The position numbers and the translations under genes were made by a program. A stretch of DNA of 64,000 bases, from the IMG/VR virus record IMGVR_UViG_3300017987_000047. One strand, written 5' to 3'. A model generated the notes under the pieces. It saw only the letters and a list, made by a program, of their open reading frames with translations, did no database searches and was not told the origin of the DNA. Positions within the stretch are counted from its first letter, which is position 1. Each line of letters opens with the position of its first letter. The stretch is from a virus (Duplodnaviria; Heunggongvirae; Uroviricota; Caudoviricetes). This document shows, piece after piece, positions 20,302 to 31,652 of the stretch.

Positions 20302-20618
20302 AATATACTTTCTTCAAAATAGTGAAGGAAATCCCTCGGGCATTAGCATCACAACCTTTTTCTGGTTCCCCTCTTATGGCTGTTCGGGTTACCGAAGACA
20401 GCGTTCTAATTTTAGATAGAGTATTAGTTTGGAATAAGACGCCGTATGGCCCAGGCTATACGTGGAATACCTTAGATAATAAGTTGATTATCAAACCCCA
20501 TTGGGAGGAAGTTCCCTTAGAGGCTTTTCTAACTTCTCGGCATTCTAGAGTAAGGGCCGTAGCGAAAAAAGCGTTTGAAGTTGGATTCGACTCTGTTTTT
20601 CTCCCCCTGGAGTTCTAA
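20298..20618 (+). CDS. Tagged hypothetical protein
   Basis: AFLTSRHSRVRAVAK. Confidence 0.72.
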   Translation: MKYTFFKIVKEIPRALASQPFSGSPLMAVRVTEDSVLILDRVLVWNKTPYGPGYTWNTLDNKLIIKPHWEEVPLEAFLTSRHSRVRAVAKKAFEVGFDSVFLPLEF

Positions 20619-21154
20619 CACCTTTCTTCCCAAGAAGAAAAAAATCGTAAAAAAGAATTGGAGAGGTGTGGGCCTAATTATGGCAAGTAGAAATAGTCGG
20701 CTGAAAGTTCTAAACCCTGTGAATTGGAGACTTGAGATGAATACCAATAAACCACGCCTCGTTAAATTAGCCACTGGATCAACTGAATCGAGAGTTGATC
20801 CAGCGTACGAAGTTGTAATTGAAGTTTTGACAAAGCGAGGTGGGCCAAGAGGTGGCTTTGGCGGGGACGAGCTAGCGGAAATTCGCAAATTCCTTGACAG
20901 GTCGGGTATCCGGTATGGGTCAAAGCGCATGCCTAGCCATAATGGTCATATTCTCCTTGTCTGGGCGGGCAACGAGGAGGATATTCGCCGTCTGGTAAAT
21001 TTGGTGGATACTAATCCGAAGGCGAGGGAAAAATGGAGCGTGTCGACCGAGATAGGGAAAACGTCCCCTGAAAATGTTAAAGGGTATCAGGACAGAGACG
21101 ACGAATGGGAAGATGCGTCGAAGTATAACAAATTTTAAGGAATTAAGGAACAGA

Positions 21155-22018
21155 ATGAAACTTAAAAGAATCGTAAAGTCTAAAGAAGATAGCACAAAGA
21201 AGTATATCTTTTATACTGATGATAATTTAATCATTGAATTTTCTTACATTAATAAAGATGATGGGAAGGATATTATTTGTGTTCCTTCCCAAACTATGTG
21301 TAATATTGGCTGTAAGTTTTGCCATACTACCGATTATATCGGAAAAATAAAGACGCGAAATCTTACCGAAAAAGAAATCGCTGATGGGGTCGCTTATGTT
21401 TATTCTGATTTAGAATTAGCTAAGACCCCAAGAACTTTATTGATCTCTTATATGGGGTGTGGCGAGCCAATCTTAAATAACGATGGTGTAGTTGGCTCTA
21501 TGCAATTAATCAAAAATAGCTATGAGGTCTACACTCGATTCGCCGTAGCGACTTCACTACCTAAAAACCATTACCCCGAATTCTTTGAATTTACTAAAAG
21601 AATTGGGAAGCTTCCTGTAAAACTACACCTCTCTTTGCATTATACTAACGACTTCCAACGTAAGGAGTGGATGCCCAGAGCTTTAGAGATTAAACCCTCA
21701 ATATTAGCCGCTTATTTTTTCCGGATGCAATCAGGAAATCCTGTAGAGATTCATTATGCTCTCTTAGAAGGGGTTAACGACTCTGAAGAAGATGCCCAAG
21801 CTCTAGCTATTCTGCTGAAAGATAAGGATTTTAATGTGAAGTTCCTCTTCTATAATGAAAAGGATTCCCTTGTTAATAAACCATCCCCGAGGGTGAGGCT
21901 TAAGTCCTTTAGGAAAGCTTTAGATGAAATTGAAGTCGAGCATGAATATTACATCCCCCCAGGACTTTCGATTGGGGCTTCCTGTGGTCAATTCTTGATG
22001 GAAGAATACCTTACGTAA
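21155..22018 (+). CDS. RlmN/Cfr-family radical SAM RNA methyltransferase-like protein
   Basis: CNIGCKFC (CxxxCxxC), YMGCGEP, GVND and GASCGQ motifs. Confidence 0.85.
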   Translation: MKLKRIVKSKEDSTKKYIFYTDDNLIIEFSYINKDDGKDIICVPSQTMCNIGCKFCHTTDYIGKIKTRNLTEKEIADGVAYVYSDLELAKTPRTLLISYMGCGEPILNNDGVVGSMQLIKNSYEVYTRFAVATSLPKNHYPEFFEFTKRIGKLPVKLHLSLHYTNDFQRKEWMPRALEIKPSILAAYFFRMQSGNPVEIHYALLEGVNDSEEDAQALAILLKDKDFNVKFLFYNEKDSLVNKPSPRVRLKSFRKALDEIEVEHEYYIPPGLSIGASCGQFLMEEYLT

Positions 22019-22274
22019 GGAAACAAAATGAATACAGCAACAGCTATCTTTGCCGTTCTAGTCGTCTTAGTCTCCTTTGTTTTTCTTCTCAAAGTTTTAG
22101 AACATTATAAAAGGAAACAAGAAGAGAAGAAAATGGTAGTAATGATTAAAAAACGATTTAGGAACGAACCCTCACGTCAAGTTCTACAAGAATATCTTGT
22201 CTGGATATGCTCTTGGGAACGTTTGACCGAAGATTTCGTAGATTTCTACTTTAAGCGTAAAGCGGTAAAAGAAA

Positions 22275-22622
22275 ATGGAATTTCAAAATAATATCCGAAG
22301 CCTTTTAACTAAGCTTGAAGAGTGGTTAGGGGATGAAGGGAAAGCTCATTTCCAGGAATACTACGATAAATACCAAACAGTCTCCCCTGTAATAAGCGGC
22401 AAAATCCCTCATCCTGTTCATTTTCGGGAAGGGATGCAAATCCGAAATTACTTGAGAAAACAAAAAGAGTGTGAAGAATGGGATGACCCCACTTTAGATG
22501 ATAGCTGGGTGATTCTCATTGAAGCAGTTGTTCTGGGGCATCATAAAGACCCAGAGGCCTTAACGCACGAAATTCCTTTAATTCGGGCAATTTCCAAAGC
22601 ATGGAACCCATGTATAAAATAA
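22275..22622 (+). CDS. Tagged hypothetical protein
   Basis: PHPVHFREGMQIRN.LR core; EALTHEIPLIRAISK. Confidence 0.72.
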   Translation: MEFQNNIRSLLTKLEEWLGDEGKAHFQEYYDKYQTVSPVISGKIPHPVHFREGMQIRNYLRKQKECEEWDDPTLDDSWVILIEAVVLGHHKDPEALTHEIPLIRAISKAWNPCIK

Positions 22623-22960
22623 CCTTTTCGAGAAGAGGAATTGGGGAAGAGCAAGTTTATCTTCTTGAAAATTTTCCATCTCGAAAACAAATTGCGGCCC
22701 TGTTTTTACGGTACTTAAAATTTGCTAGGACAGGATGGCAGACGCTTATCAGCTCCGAATATTCTGCAGACTCTGAACTTTCTGGTGGGTTCTTTTGTCG
22801 TTTTGCTTCTGACGGCGGCATTGCGGCCTGTGAAATTATGTATTGGATTGAATTGGCAAAAGGCGAGAGCCCTAACCTTGAACTGTACCTCACTCACGAA
22901 CGGGAAGCTACCCGAAAAGCTGCTAAAATCATTTTAAAAGGATTAACGCCCAAATGTTAA
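22601..22960 (+). CDS. Tagged hypothetical protein
   Basis: LYLTHEREATRKAAK. Confidence 0.75.
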   Translation: MEPMYKITFSRRGIGEEQVYLLENFPSRKQIAALFLRYLKFARTGWQTLISSEYSADSELSGGFFCRFASDGGIAACEIMYWIELAKGESPNLELYLTHEREATRKAAKIILKGLTPKC

Positions 22961-23859
22961 GTTTATTTAAGAGACATCATAAAGAGCTTGATCGAGTTAG
23001 TATTACATACGAACCCCGTATTCGCTTCGATCAAAAGTATGAGCTTGCTTTAGCAAAATTTGATATCCCGAAAGACCTATTACTTAATTTCCCCGGCTTC
23101 CCCTTTGGGGGTTTTGTTCGAGATACTTTTCATTCAGACACTCCAAAGGACTTAGATCTCTTTTTCATTAGCGCAGTAAATATTAGGGCAGTTGCAAAGT
23201 TTCTGAAACAGAAGGGTTGGGTGTCTCAAGAATCGCGGCGGATAGATTCATGGAAATGGGGAAGCTATAGTGAAATAATTAGGAGGAAGTCGGGGTATGT
23301 AAAATGTTTTACTAAGCATGGGCAAAAAATCGACTTATTCTTTAAGTACGATATGATTTCTGCCAAGGAAGAGCTAGTCTTACTAGCACAGGCATATGCC
23401 TGGGACTTAAGCCTTGACCGCTTCTTCCTATGGGCAGACCCAGTATCCGAAGGTCGCCCGAGCTGGAAAGAAGACCATTTACAAGATACGGAAGACTCTG
23501 TTTTGAAGCAGCTCTCTTCTAAAAAACTTTAACTTAACCGGGAATACGCGAGTTGGTTAACAATAAAGGATACTGAGGCTATAAGGATTCAGTCTGAATA
23601 TCTTAAGGAAAAGATTCAATCTCTTCTTCAAAAAGGTTGGGACCTTGAACTTGGGAAAAGTAATATTTTTGGAAATCGCTTGCTACTCCCAAAGGCAAAG
23701 GTTGAAATCATTAAGATGCTCCCAGAAAAAACAGTTCGGGCGCATCTTTCAACCTATTTGACCCACGCGTCGCCTAAGACGCGACTAAAAATAAAAGACA
23801 TTCTGCGAGACTACCATCCGGAAATCGTTGCGAACTTCCTACATAAGAGGAATGCTTAA
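22954..23859 (+). pseudogene. Pol-beta/poly(A) polymerase-type nucleotidyltransferase with an in-frame TAA at 23530; C-terminal tag
   Basis: FGGFVRD...DLDL; the frame continues for 108 codons after the TAA with KIQSLLQKGW and TYLTHASPKTRLKIK. Confidence 0.7.
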
Positions 23860-24349
23860 AGGCATGAAAATTCTTTTCAAGGATGACCTTACTCCTTATT
23901 CGGTAATTGATTTTTTGCGGGGCCCTCGCTTGTGGGTAGCTCCCAGCTCCTATCCCGATTTTAATGATTGGCTTGAGAGAATAGAGCCAGAGCTAGCTGG
24001 GGGTACGAAGCGTCACCTTGCTTGTTATTGGAACAATGAGTTTGCAGGGATTGTTATTTGGCAACGTCATAAGACCCACCAGTCCTATGTTGAAATTAAA
24101 AATCTAACAGTCCATCCACGGGTACGAGGGCGGTTAGTTGGTTCTTTTTTGCTTCGACAGGCAGAGCTTGAAGGGCGGAATGAGCTTACAGCAAACCAAG
24201 CTGTTTGTGACGCCAAGCGTGCTCATGCTGGGATACTTTCATTCTTACTAGCTCGGGGCTACAAGTGCCTTGGGGCACAAGACCTTTATGGGTTAGGTGG
24301 TGGAGAAGATATTGTTCTAGGCCGCCCCATTAAACAAATGCCACCCTAA
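23828..24349 (+). CDS. GNAT-family acetyltransferase
   Basis: VEIKNLTVHPRVRGRLVGSFLL acetyl-CoA-binding motif A. Confidence 0.8.
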   Translation: MRTSYIRGMLKGMKILFKDDLTPYSVIDFLRGPRLWVAPSSYPDFNDWLERIEPELAGGTKRHLACYWNNEFAGIVIWQRHKTHQSYVEIKNLTVHPRVRGRLVGSFLLRQAELEGRNELTANQAVCDAKRAHAGILSFLLARGYKCLGAQDLYGLGGGEDIVLGRPIKQMPP

Positions 24350-24369
24350 TAAAGAAAGGGGAAGGGATT

Positions 24370-25002
24370 ATGCTAAAAATAAGATATTTCTTAATTAGTC
24401 TCATTCTTATTTTAATGTTAAGCTGTGATTATAACCCTATAGTTATAACATCCCCATATATAGAACTTCAATTAGAAGAAATAGAGTATATCCCTGCAGC
24501 AGTCCTTGGGAAATTTTATAGTGTTCAGTTACAGGCTATTGGCGGGTTCCAGCCCTATGAATTTGATGTCATTGGGGGTGAATTTCCCCCAGGGTTACAA
24601 TGCAATTCCTCCGGCCTGATTTATGGAGTCCCAACAAAAGAGGGAAGATTTGAATTTTATGGTTTTGTGTCTGATAGCGGCGAAAACTATAATCAAGAAC
24701 ATTACGACGCAGGAAAATGTGTTATTGTTGTTTCTGGGACGATTCCCTTAACGATCACAACCACCTCGCTTCCTAATGCCCAAACAGGGATTCAATATAA
24801 TACAAGGGTTAACGTTATTGGGGGTACCCCACCTTACTCCTATTCCTGTCAAGGACTTCCCTTGGGTTTATATCTTACTTCTCCTGGAAATACTATTATT
24901 GGATACGCACAACAAGTCGGCACTTTCCAAATAACATTTTGTGTTGAAGACCATAAAACTGCAACGGATATAGCACCTTTCACCCTAACAGTTTTACCCT
25001 AA
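24370..25002 (+). CDS. Lipoprotein with putative Ig (He_PIG) repeats
   Basis: LMLSC lipobox; two repeats, GG..PY.F...G.FPPGL....G.I.G.PT..G.F. Confidence 0.75.
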   Translation: MLKIRYFLISLILILMLSCDYNPIVITSPYIELQLEEIEYIPAAVLGKFYSVQLQAIGGFQPYEFDVIGGEFPPGLQCNSSGLIYGVPTKEGRFEFYGFVSDSGENYNQEHYDAGKCVIVVSGTIPLTITTTSLPNAQTGIQYNTRVNVIGGTPPYSYSCQGLPLGLYLTSPGNTIIGYAQQVGTFQITFCVEDHKTATDIAPFTLTVLP

Positions 25003-25019
25003 ACAGGTACCTAAAGACG

Positions 25020-25199
25020 ATGAAAATTAAACTTAAAGAAGAACATAGTATTGACCTTGACCGACTCTTCCTTGTGATCCCGGCAGGGGAGGAACTTGAG
25101 GTAGTTGAAACAACAAATAAGCAATACTATGTTAGCTGGACTCTCCCGGGGACCCAAGTAAGGTTCGAATTCCTGCTCAAGAAGGAGAAAGTGGTCTAA
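25020..25199 (+). CDS. Small hypothetical protein (59 aa; not in the ORF track)
   Basis: ATG at 25020 to TAA at 25197-25199, overlapping the next ATG. Confidence 0.55.
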   Translation: MKIKLKEEHSIDLDRLFLVIPAGEELEVVETTNKQYYVSWTLPGTQVRFEFLLKKEKVV

Positions 25200-25597
25200 T
25201 GAAGGTCTTTGAAGCAAAGACAATTAAAACCCACCCCCACCGGGATAGCCCTTTCTGCTGGGAAACACCCTTAGCATATAAAGCATTAAGTGACGAAGAG
25301 TTTATCTTCTTGGGCTTACTAAAGTCCATAGAAAAACTTGGGGAAGAAGACAGTATAATATCCTATAAAATCTGTACTGCACATAATAATCAAGGGAGTT
25401 TAACTATCGTAGAGACTATTATTGAGGGCCGCTACAAATTCGGATATTCGTTTTGGATTCAATCCTGGATAACCTATAGACCTAAGTCTATTTTTACCCC
25501 AACGCCCGTTGAGGATGCCCCTAACCTTCAGCAAGGTTTAACATCCAAATACCCCTTAATTCGGCAATACGTAAAAATGAGATTAAAGAATGATTAA
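25199..25597 (+). CDS. Tagged hypothetical protein
   Basis: QGLTSKYPLIRQYVK. Confidence 0.72.
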   Translation: MKVFEAKTIKTHPHRDSPFCWETPLAYKALSDEEFIFLGLLKSIEKLGEEDSIISYKICTAHNNQGSLTIVETIIEGRYKFGYSFWIQSWITYRPKSIFTPTPVEDAPNLQQGLTSKYPLIRQYVKMRLKND

Positions 25598-26411
25598 GCT
25601 CATAAAAGCAAAGATCGTGACAAAAGTTGACCATAACCAAGAATTAATCCGCCTTTGGGTTAAACCCGAAGCTCCTGTTGAATTTAAACCTGGGCAATAT
25701 ATAACACTTTCATGGGGGAAAACAAAGCGGGCTTATTCCGTTGCTTCTGCCCCACACGAAGAATTAATTGAGCTATTTATCGCACGAGTCCCGGACAAAC
25801 TTAAAACAGAAGAATCCTTAACCCCTCCATTATGGGAGATGAAGGTTGGGGAGGAATTAGAGATGAAACCCACCGCAAAGGGAAAGTTTCTTTTAGACCC
25901 AGAATTTAAAACTCATGTCTTTGTAGCAACAACTACCGGCATTGCTCCTTTTGTTTCGATGATAAAAGCCTATGCCCATCGAACATTTGAGAAACCAGAA
26001 GGGTATTATAAAAAGAAATTCGAAAATATCTATATCTTCCAAGGGGCTAGCTACGAAGACGAATTTGGATACGACCAAGAATTGCTTGCGCTAGATGAGA
26101 CATACCCTGAAATTACTTACCGTAACACGGTAAGCCAAATTCCGGGGCTTGAAAAACACCCAGGCCGCAACAAAAATTGGTTGGCAGATGACCAGCAACA
26201 CGATATTATGCGGGTTAATCGTAATCTCCTCTGGTATTTTGGCCAGTATGGAATTAGACCAGAGGATACAGTAGTTTATGTTTGTGGCAATGAAAAAATG
26301 ATTGATGATTTATCTTATGGGTCTACTGCAATAGAGCAACGTCGAAAAAAGCGGCCTTTCGGGCAACTAGTTAACCTAGGGTACGAGGTAAGAAAAGAAG
26401 TTTATTTTTAA
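25590..26411 (+). CDS. Ferredoxin-NADP+ reductase family flavoprotein
   Basis: FKPGQY, RAYSVAS, TTGIAPF and YVCG motifs; ends in EVYF. Confidence 0.88.
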   Translation: MIKLIKAKIVTKVDHNQELIRLWVKPEAPVEFKPGQYITLSWGKTKRAYSVASAPHEELIELFIARVPDKLKTEESLTPPLWEMKVGEELEMKPTAKGKFLLDPEFKTHVFVATTTGIAPFVSMIKAYAHRTFEKPEGYYKKKFENIYIFQGASYEDEFGYDQELLALDETYPEITYRNTVSQIPGLEKHPGRNKNWLADDQQHDIMRVNRNLLWYFGQYGIRPEDTVVYVCGNEKMIDDLSYGSTAIEQRRKKRPFGQLVNLGYEVRKEVYF

Positions 26412-27023
26412 GATGCAAAATTTGACCCCTAAACTAAAAGGTATAGAATGTTAGAACAACAAAAGAAAAATATCAAAAATTTAATTGAATACACGAACGA
26501 CCAAGTAGAGCTTCAACTTTGTGAAGCTGCTGCCACTATTCGCAAAGCAGCAGTGAAGCCATTTTGCGATGAGCATGGTTTAATTTTTAAGCAAGGGATG
26601 GGAGCTTTCATCTTTATGTTTAAGGATGAAGCAAAGAAACATATTAAGCTATGCTGCTCATCGACTGCTTTTGGGGGGACTTCGACTATTTCGGACAAAG
26701 ACGCCGAACTTTTAGGAGAAGGCTTCATTGAAGAGCTAGAAGAAGTCTCAGACACTATTTACGAGGACCTAGGGGGACGGCCCAATTTCCAATATATGGA
26801 GGATTACCCAAATGGCGACTGAAGAAATCGTTGTAACTTTAGCAGAGCAGAAAAATAGATGGGTTGGGGGTATTGTTCTTATTGGAACCCCGGACTCGGA
26901 GAATGAGTATCTTCTATTTTTACATGAGGATGGCGAGTTTTACCCCGATAGGCCTAACGCGAAAGTTTTTAGGTCTGCTAAAAAAGCCTGGTATGCTGTT
27001 GCCAAGGAACTTGAGAATAGATA

Positions 27024-27443
27024 ATGTTTGCATCGTCCCAAAAAACTCTTAGGCTAACACAAAGTTTCCCCTTTAAAACGAAAATTATTGCCCAACTTTG
27101 GGGCCATTCTTATAATAATTTAGTTTATGAGCAACCCCTGAATAAGATTCCTTATCGAAAGGACTTAGCCCCTCTTATTCTTGCTATTTTGGAAGTTTAT
27201 AAATCCTCCAAGGACTTGGAAAAGCTAGTTAACATAGAATTAAAAACTTCCGTTCTCCTACAAGCCGAAATTATACTTGACTATGGGGTTGATTCAGAGT
27301 ACTATACCTTAAATATAGTAAAAATAAAAGAAGAAGAGGTTCTCCCGCTTCCCCGGATAGAAAATTACTTAACAAATAAACTTCCCATTTTTCGTCGGGT
27401 AGCAAAACAAGTTATTAAAAAGAGGGATAGCGAGTATAGTTAG
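27024..27443 (+). CDS. Tagged hypothetical protein
   Basis: NYLTNKLPIFRRVAK. Confidence 0.75.
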   Translation: MFASSQKTLRLTQSFPFKTKIIAQLWGHSYNNLVYEQPLNKIPYRKDLAPLILAILEVYKSSKDLEKLVNIELKTSVLLQAEIILDYGVDSEYYTLNIVKIKEEEVLPLPRIENYLTNKLPIFRRVAKQVIKKRDSEYS

Positions 27444-27508
27444 ACGTTACCTAAAGAAAAAGAATATTCTTTTTCGAAATTTCGTAAAAGGATTATAGTG
27501 AAGCTCTA

Positions 27509-27874
27509 ATGTTTGAACAGTATATCACACACAAAGATCCTAAAATTAGGGGGCTGGTAAAAAAGGTTAACCGTCTTTTAGAAAAAGGGGAATTCAAGCA
27601 TGCGGCTGGTTTCGTCCAAAAAGAGCGAGAGGAGCTTTCAAGAATGATTAAGGCCCCCGTGAGGCCCATAACAACTAACGCCCAGTATAGGGCTGAAATT
27701 GAATTAGATAAAAGGATCGAAGAGTATCAAAGTATTATCTACCCACTTGAATTAGCAGTTACAAAAAAATATTATCGAAGTTTAAGAGAAAGACGAGAAA
27801 AAACACATCGAAAGTTATTGTGGTTATACGTTGCAGTTATTGTAGCCTACATGCTATTACAAATTTTTGGATAA
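27509..27874 (+). CDS. Protein with an N-terminal tag and a C-terminal transmembrane anchor
   Basis: MFEQYITHKDPKIRGLVK; hydrophobic tail LLWLYVAVIVAYMLLQIFG. Confidence 0.72.
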   Translation: MFEQYITHKDPKIRGLVKKVNRLLEKGEFKHAAGFVQKEREELSRMIKAPVRPITTNAQYRAEIELDKRIEEYQSIIYPLELAVTKKYYRSLRERREKTHRKLLWLYVAVIVAYMLLQIFG

Positions 27875-28814
27875 GGAGAAACTAATGCTAGTAACAAAAT
27901 GGACAGAAACTAAGGAAGAATGGCTTGTGTTATCTGGGTCTCTAGAAGAAACGGGGGAACTCGCTTCTCAATATTTCGACGCCGGCGCTAAAATTCAGGG
28001 GGAAGAAACGGAAATGCCCGAAAACGAGTTTAGGGCTCTTTCAGAATTTGGAGGATAAAAAATGCCAGACAGCGGAAAAACCCTAGCCGAAGCAACCCGA
28101 GAGGAGTTAATGGAAGAACTTGTTCAAAGATGCCAGTCGATTGTTATGGCGGCGGTGTGGAGAGACCCAGACGAGCTTTCAAAAGAGGAGATTACGAGAA
28201 AGCGAATTTGTATGGGGAATGGGCTAGAATGTCTCGGGTTGGTCCGTCTCCTAGATGACTATGCCTTAAAACTCTATTATGGAACAAGTAAACGCTATGA
28301 CAACTGAAATTATTGAAATCGTAACAGAGTTGAGTTTTGGTTCTCTTACTATTGGCGTGTCCTCTTTTGACATTCCAACTCTTTGTCGTAGAATAATAGA
28401 GGAGGATAAACTAACTTTAGAGTTTACTTACTTTACCACAACTAAAGAGTCCTTAAAGAAGAAAAAATACGGATCGGGGATTCGAGTATACAGAGGAAAG
28501 AACTCAGGACGAATCCATAAAATTCAAATTCTAAACCTGAGTCTTCTAAAGGATGAAACGTGGCACGAGTTTATTGTAGATAGTATTTTATCAAGCATCT
28601 CGAGCTATGTCTATGGAAAATCCTGGCACGAACATATTATAAAGCAAGCGGTTCGGGAAGTTCTTAAACCCTTTCGGAATAAGGCAGGGTTGCCTACTGT
28701 TGGGACAAGTCAGTTAAGGGTTGTAGGCCCCGCACCAAAAAACCTTGAAGAACCTGTCCAAAATTATTTTCCAGAAACTAAAGTTCTCGGCTAGTTCCTC
28801 TACATAATAATTTG

Positions 28815-28842
28815 ACCCTGGCACTTGCCAGGGTTTTCTTTT
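28815..28842 (+). terminator. Intrinsic terminator
   Basis: ACCCTGGCA/TGCCAGGGT hairpin followed by a T-rich tail. Confidence 0.8.
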
Positions 28843-28847
28843 GGTGT

Positions 28848-28879
28848 TCTTTCGTTAGTCAAAAGGGAAACATTATATA
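28848..28879 (+). promoter_or_regulatory. Phage promoter motif copy
   Basis: TCTTTCGTT-N17-TATATA, just after a terminator. Confidence 0.7.
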
Positions 28880-29795
28880 AAGGAGGACCCAAAAAGGGAT
28901 ATCTGGCATTAAAATAGCCAATCATTAAGTTATCATAGAAGATTATTTATCTTCGGCTTATTGATTGTTCAATCGAGCCTTAAAAACTTCCATAATTGAA
29001 AGAAAACCTTATTTCAGATCGATTTTTTTATGATTTTACTTTTTCATTATTGGTTTACAATCAAAGACCCTTAAAGCCTCTATTAAGGTGTAATTCCCGA
29101 TTTAACTCTTCCTTCCATTGGTTTGTTATAATCTTCACCGGCTTATTGGGATGCAAGGTTGAAAATCTAAAACCTGATTCAATATTACAAAGGAATTTAC
29201 AAAGTTTAATATGTAAAATACCTTTTTAAAGAATTTGTTTTTAATAAATAGGATTCAAATGAAATATCGAACCGAGTTTGAAGGGCAGCTTCAAGAGGAA
29301 TTCGATCGGAGAGTTCAAAGAATCAGCAGATGGGAAGAGACTGCATCCGTTCTGGTTGGGAAATTCCGGGAATTCTACCGAGAACAGATTCTACTAAGCT
29401 TTTTTGCCCAGAACCCCAACGAGGAGCGGACAGATTATAATCAAACCTTATGCCAGGGTTGGAGAGCTTTTTGGAGTGAGATTGTTTCTATCGATCCTTT
29501 CTCCCTTACCTTTATCGAAACCTTCCAAAAGTTTATTTCAAATGTAATCCTGACCAATTCTTATTTCAAAATCGTTAAGGTACAATTCTCCCTCGAAGAT
29601 TATAAATATGTCATTGTTGATAATCCCCCTTGGGGTAGTAGAGTTCACATTCAAGTCCGCTACGCAGAACCTGAGGAGGAAAAGGCTACTCAAAGTTCCG
29701 ACACGCTGATCGAAGGCTGGAAACAACAACTCCGCTGCGTCCGACAAAATTGCATAATTGGTTGGAAACTAGAAGAAGATGGAGACTATTAATCC

Positions 29796-30284
29796 ATGAA
29801 AAACACCACAACGCTAGTCATCGTTGATGTTCAACCTGGATTTGAGACAGCAAAACATGCCGTTGCTGGAGTTTTACATCAAATTAAATTAGCAAAAAGA
29901 CGCAAAGCAGGTATTATCGTAGTTGAATATGATATCGGGGAATATGGGGCCTCGCTACCGGAAGTAAGAAAAGAAATAGGGTCTTATAGAAATGTTGTTT
30001 ATACTGAAAAATGTAATGATGATGGATCGATGGAGATTATAGATGCCGGAGAAACAGCACGGTTTAATTTAAGAAAAATTCGTTTTTGTGGGGTTAACGC
30101 TCTTTATTGTGTACATGACTCAATTTTTGGTTTTCTTAGAATGCAAAAAGAATCCAAGGTTGAAGTTGCTTTCGACGCATGTTTTTGTGATTCCGCCATA
30201 GGCAAAAAGAACTTTAGAAAAGTAAAAGAAATGTGGAAACGGATCTATGAACAAAACGAAGGAAACTTAAAAATCATAGACTAA
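29796..30284 (+). CDS. Isochorismatase/nicotinamidase-family cysteine hydrolase
   Basis: LVIVDVQ...K..DDG...CGVNALYCV. Confidence 0.8.
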   Translation: MKNTTTLVIVDVQPGFETAKHAVAGVLHQIKLAKRRKAGIIVVEYDIGEYGASLPEVRKEIGSYRNVVYTEKCNDDGSMEIIDAGETARFNLRKIRFCGVNALYCVHDSIFGFLRMQKESKVEVAFDACFCDSAIGKKNFRKVKEMWKRIYEQNEGNLKIID

Positions 30285-30338
30285 AACGGGCAAAATTAGA
30301 TGTGTTAAAAGGTGCCGAGAAGCATGAAAAGGAAACAA

Positions 30339-30938
30339 ATGAAACCCATTGTAATTGGCCTCTATGGTGGGGTAGGTGCCGGAAAAGACCTTGTCGCCAA
30401 TGAATTTCGTTACTTGGGGGCGGAAATTTTAGACGCGGATGCCGAAGTTACAAAATTATATACAAAAGCTTCTATCCGCAATGCCGTGGCGAAAAAATTC
30501 GGCGCTGATATTGTGGTAGGGAATAGGGTTGACCGAAAAGCTTTAGCAAAAATGATCTTCACAAATCCCACTGCGCGTCATGACCTTGAGGCCATTCTTC
30601 ATCCCCCAATTCATGAACGATTTCAGCAATATATTGCATCCGCTGATGCCCCAGAGGTAATCATATTAAATGTCCCTCTGTTGTTTGGTTCCCAGATGGA
30701 ATCGCTGGTAACTGTCGGGGTGTTTATTGACGCGAGCGAAGAAATTCGGGAAGAGCGAGTGATTAAATATCGTGGGTGGCAACCAGGGGAATTAGCTCGC
30801 CGGGACGCAGCACAACCAACACTTCCTGAAAAACGGAAACGATGCACACATATTGTTGATAATAATAAAACACAAGCAGAGGTTAAACACCAGGTACGAG
30901 GTATCTGGGAAAAATTATTCCAGAAGTCCGTAACTTAG
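30339..30938 (+). CDS. coaE: Dephospho-CoA kinase
   Basis: IGLYGGVGAGK, ILDAD, DRKALA..IF, ILHP and VPLL motifs. Confidence 0.9.
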   Translation: MKPIVIGLYGGVGAGKDLVANEFRYLGAEILDADAEVTKLYTKASIRNAVAKKFGADIVVGNRVDRKALAKMIFTNPTARHDLEAILHPPIHERFQQYIASADAPEVIILNVPLLFGSQMESLVTVGVFIDASEEIREERVIKYRGWQPGELARRDAAQPTLPEKRKRCTHIVDNNKTQAEVKHQVRGIWEKLFQKSVT

Positions 30939-30959
30939 CAAAAGACTGCTTAGCCTAAG

Positions 30960-31301
30960 ATGTTCAATAATAAGGATCCACGATGGAGTTCAATGATACC
31001 GGAACCTGGTATCTATGATATAACAGAGGGGCACCACGTTTTTATTAGGTATAGCGGGCAATCCCCGATATTTGTTTTTATAAAAACAAAAGCCTTAGAA
31101 CAATTCAAACAAGGGGAACCCGCTGTTAGTCTATTATTTGTAACACCAAGCAGATATTCAGAAATGTTTTGTAACTTAGGGGCAGCAGGAACGATTTTCC
31201 ATGTTATTATAGAGGAGAAGTTTAATTCTAAGTCAGTAAGCCCCACTCAATTTCTCACGCATCCTTCCCCACAGATTCGGCAAGCTGCGAAAGACTTCTA
31301 A
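30960..31301 (+). CDS. Tagged hypothetical protein
   Basis: QFLTHPSPQIRQAAK. Confidence 0.78.
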   Translation: MFNNKDPRWSSMIPEPGIYDITEGHHVFIRYSGQSPIFVFIKTKALEQFKQGEPAVSLLFVTPSRYSEMFCNLGAAGTIFHVIIEEKFNSKSVSPTQFLTHPSPQIRQAAKDF

Positions 31302-31302
31302 A

Positions 31303-31650
31303 ATGTTTGAAAAACCTCCATACTGTGTTATTTTTAACTCTATTGAAATATATAAGCAGGAAATTTATTGGCTCCCAGATAAGCCAGACGACTTAACTAT
31401 TAAATCGCTTGTTATTTCTTATCTCCATAAATATGAAAAATCTTTAGTGAATCAGGTGTTGAAGATTCAGATTAAAGAACCCTCGTCGACGAATTGGAGA
31501 AAAGAAATTCTTGTCTTTCTCCGGCATGCTACGATGCATATTCAATTCATTGAAGGTTTCCCTCAACTTGATTTTCCTTGTATGGAAGAAATGCTAACAC
31601 ACGAAAATGCTTATATTCGTAAAATAGCAAAAATGAAACTTGAGGAATAG
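31303..31650 (+). CDS. Tagged hypothetical protein
   Basis: EMLTHENAYIRKIAK. Confidence 0.78.
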   Translation: MFEKPPYCVIFNSIEIYKQEIYWLPDKPDDLTIKSLVISYLHKYEKSLVNQVLKIQIKEPSSTNWRKEILVFLRHATMHIQFIEGFPQLDFPCMEEMLTHENAYIRKIAKMKLEE

Positions 31651-31652
31651 TT

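Noticed and set aside
28880-29235. AT-rich gap after a promoter (ORF 28996..29229)
   Set aside because: No convincing SD, protein motif or RNA structure; probably a decayed gene.
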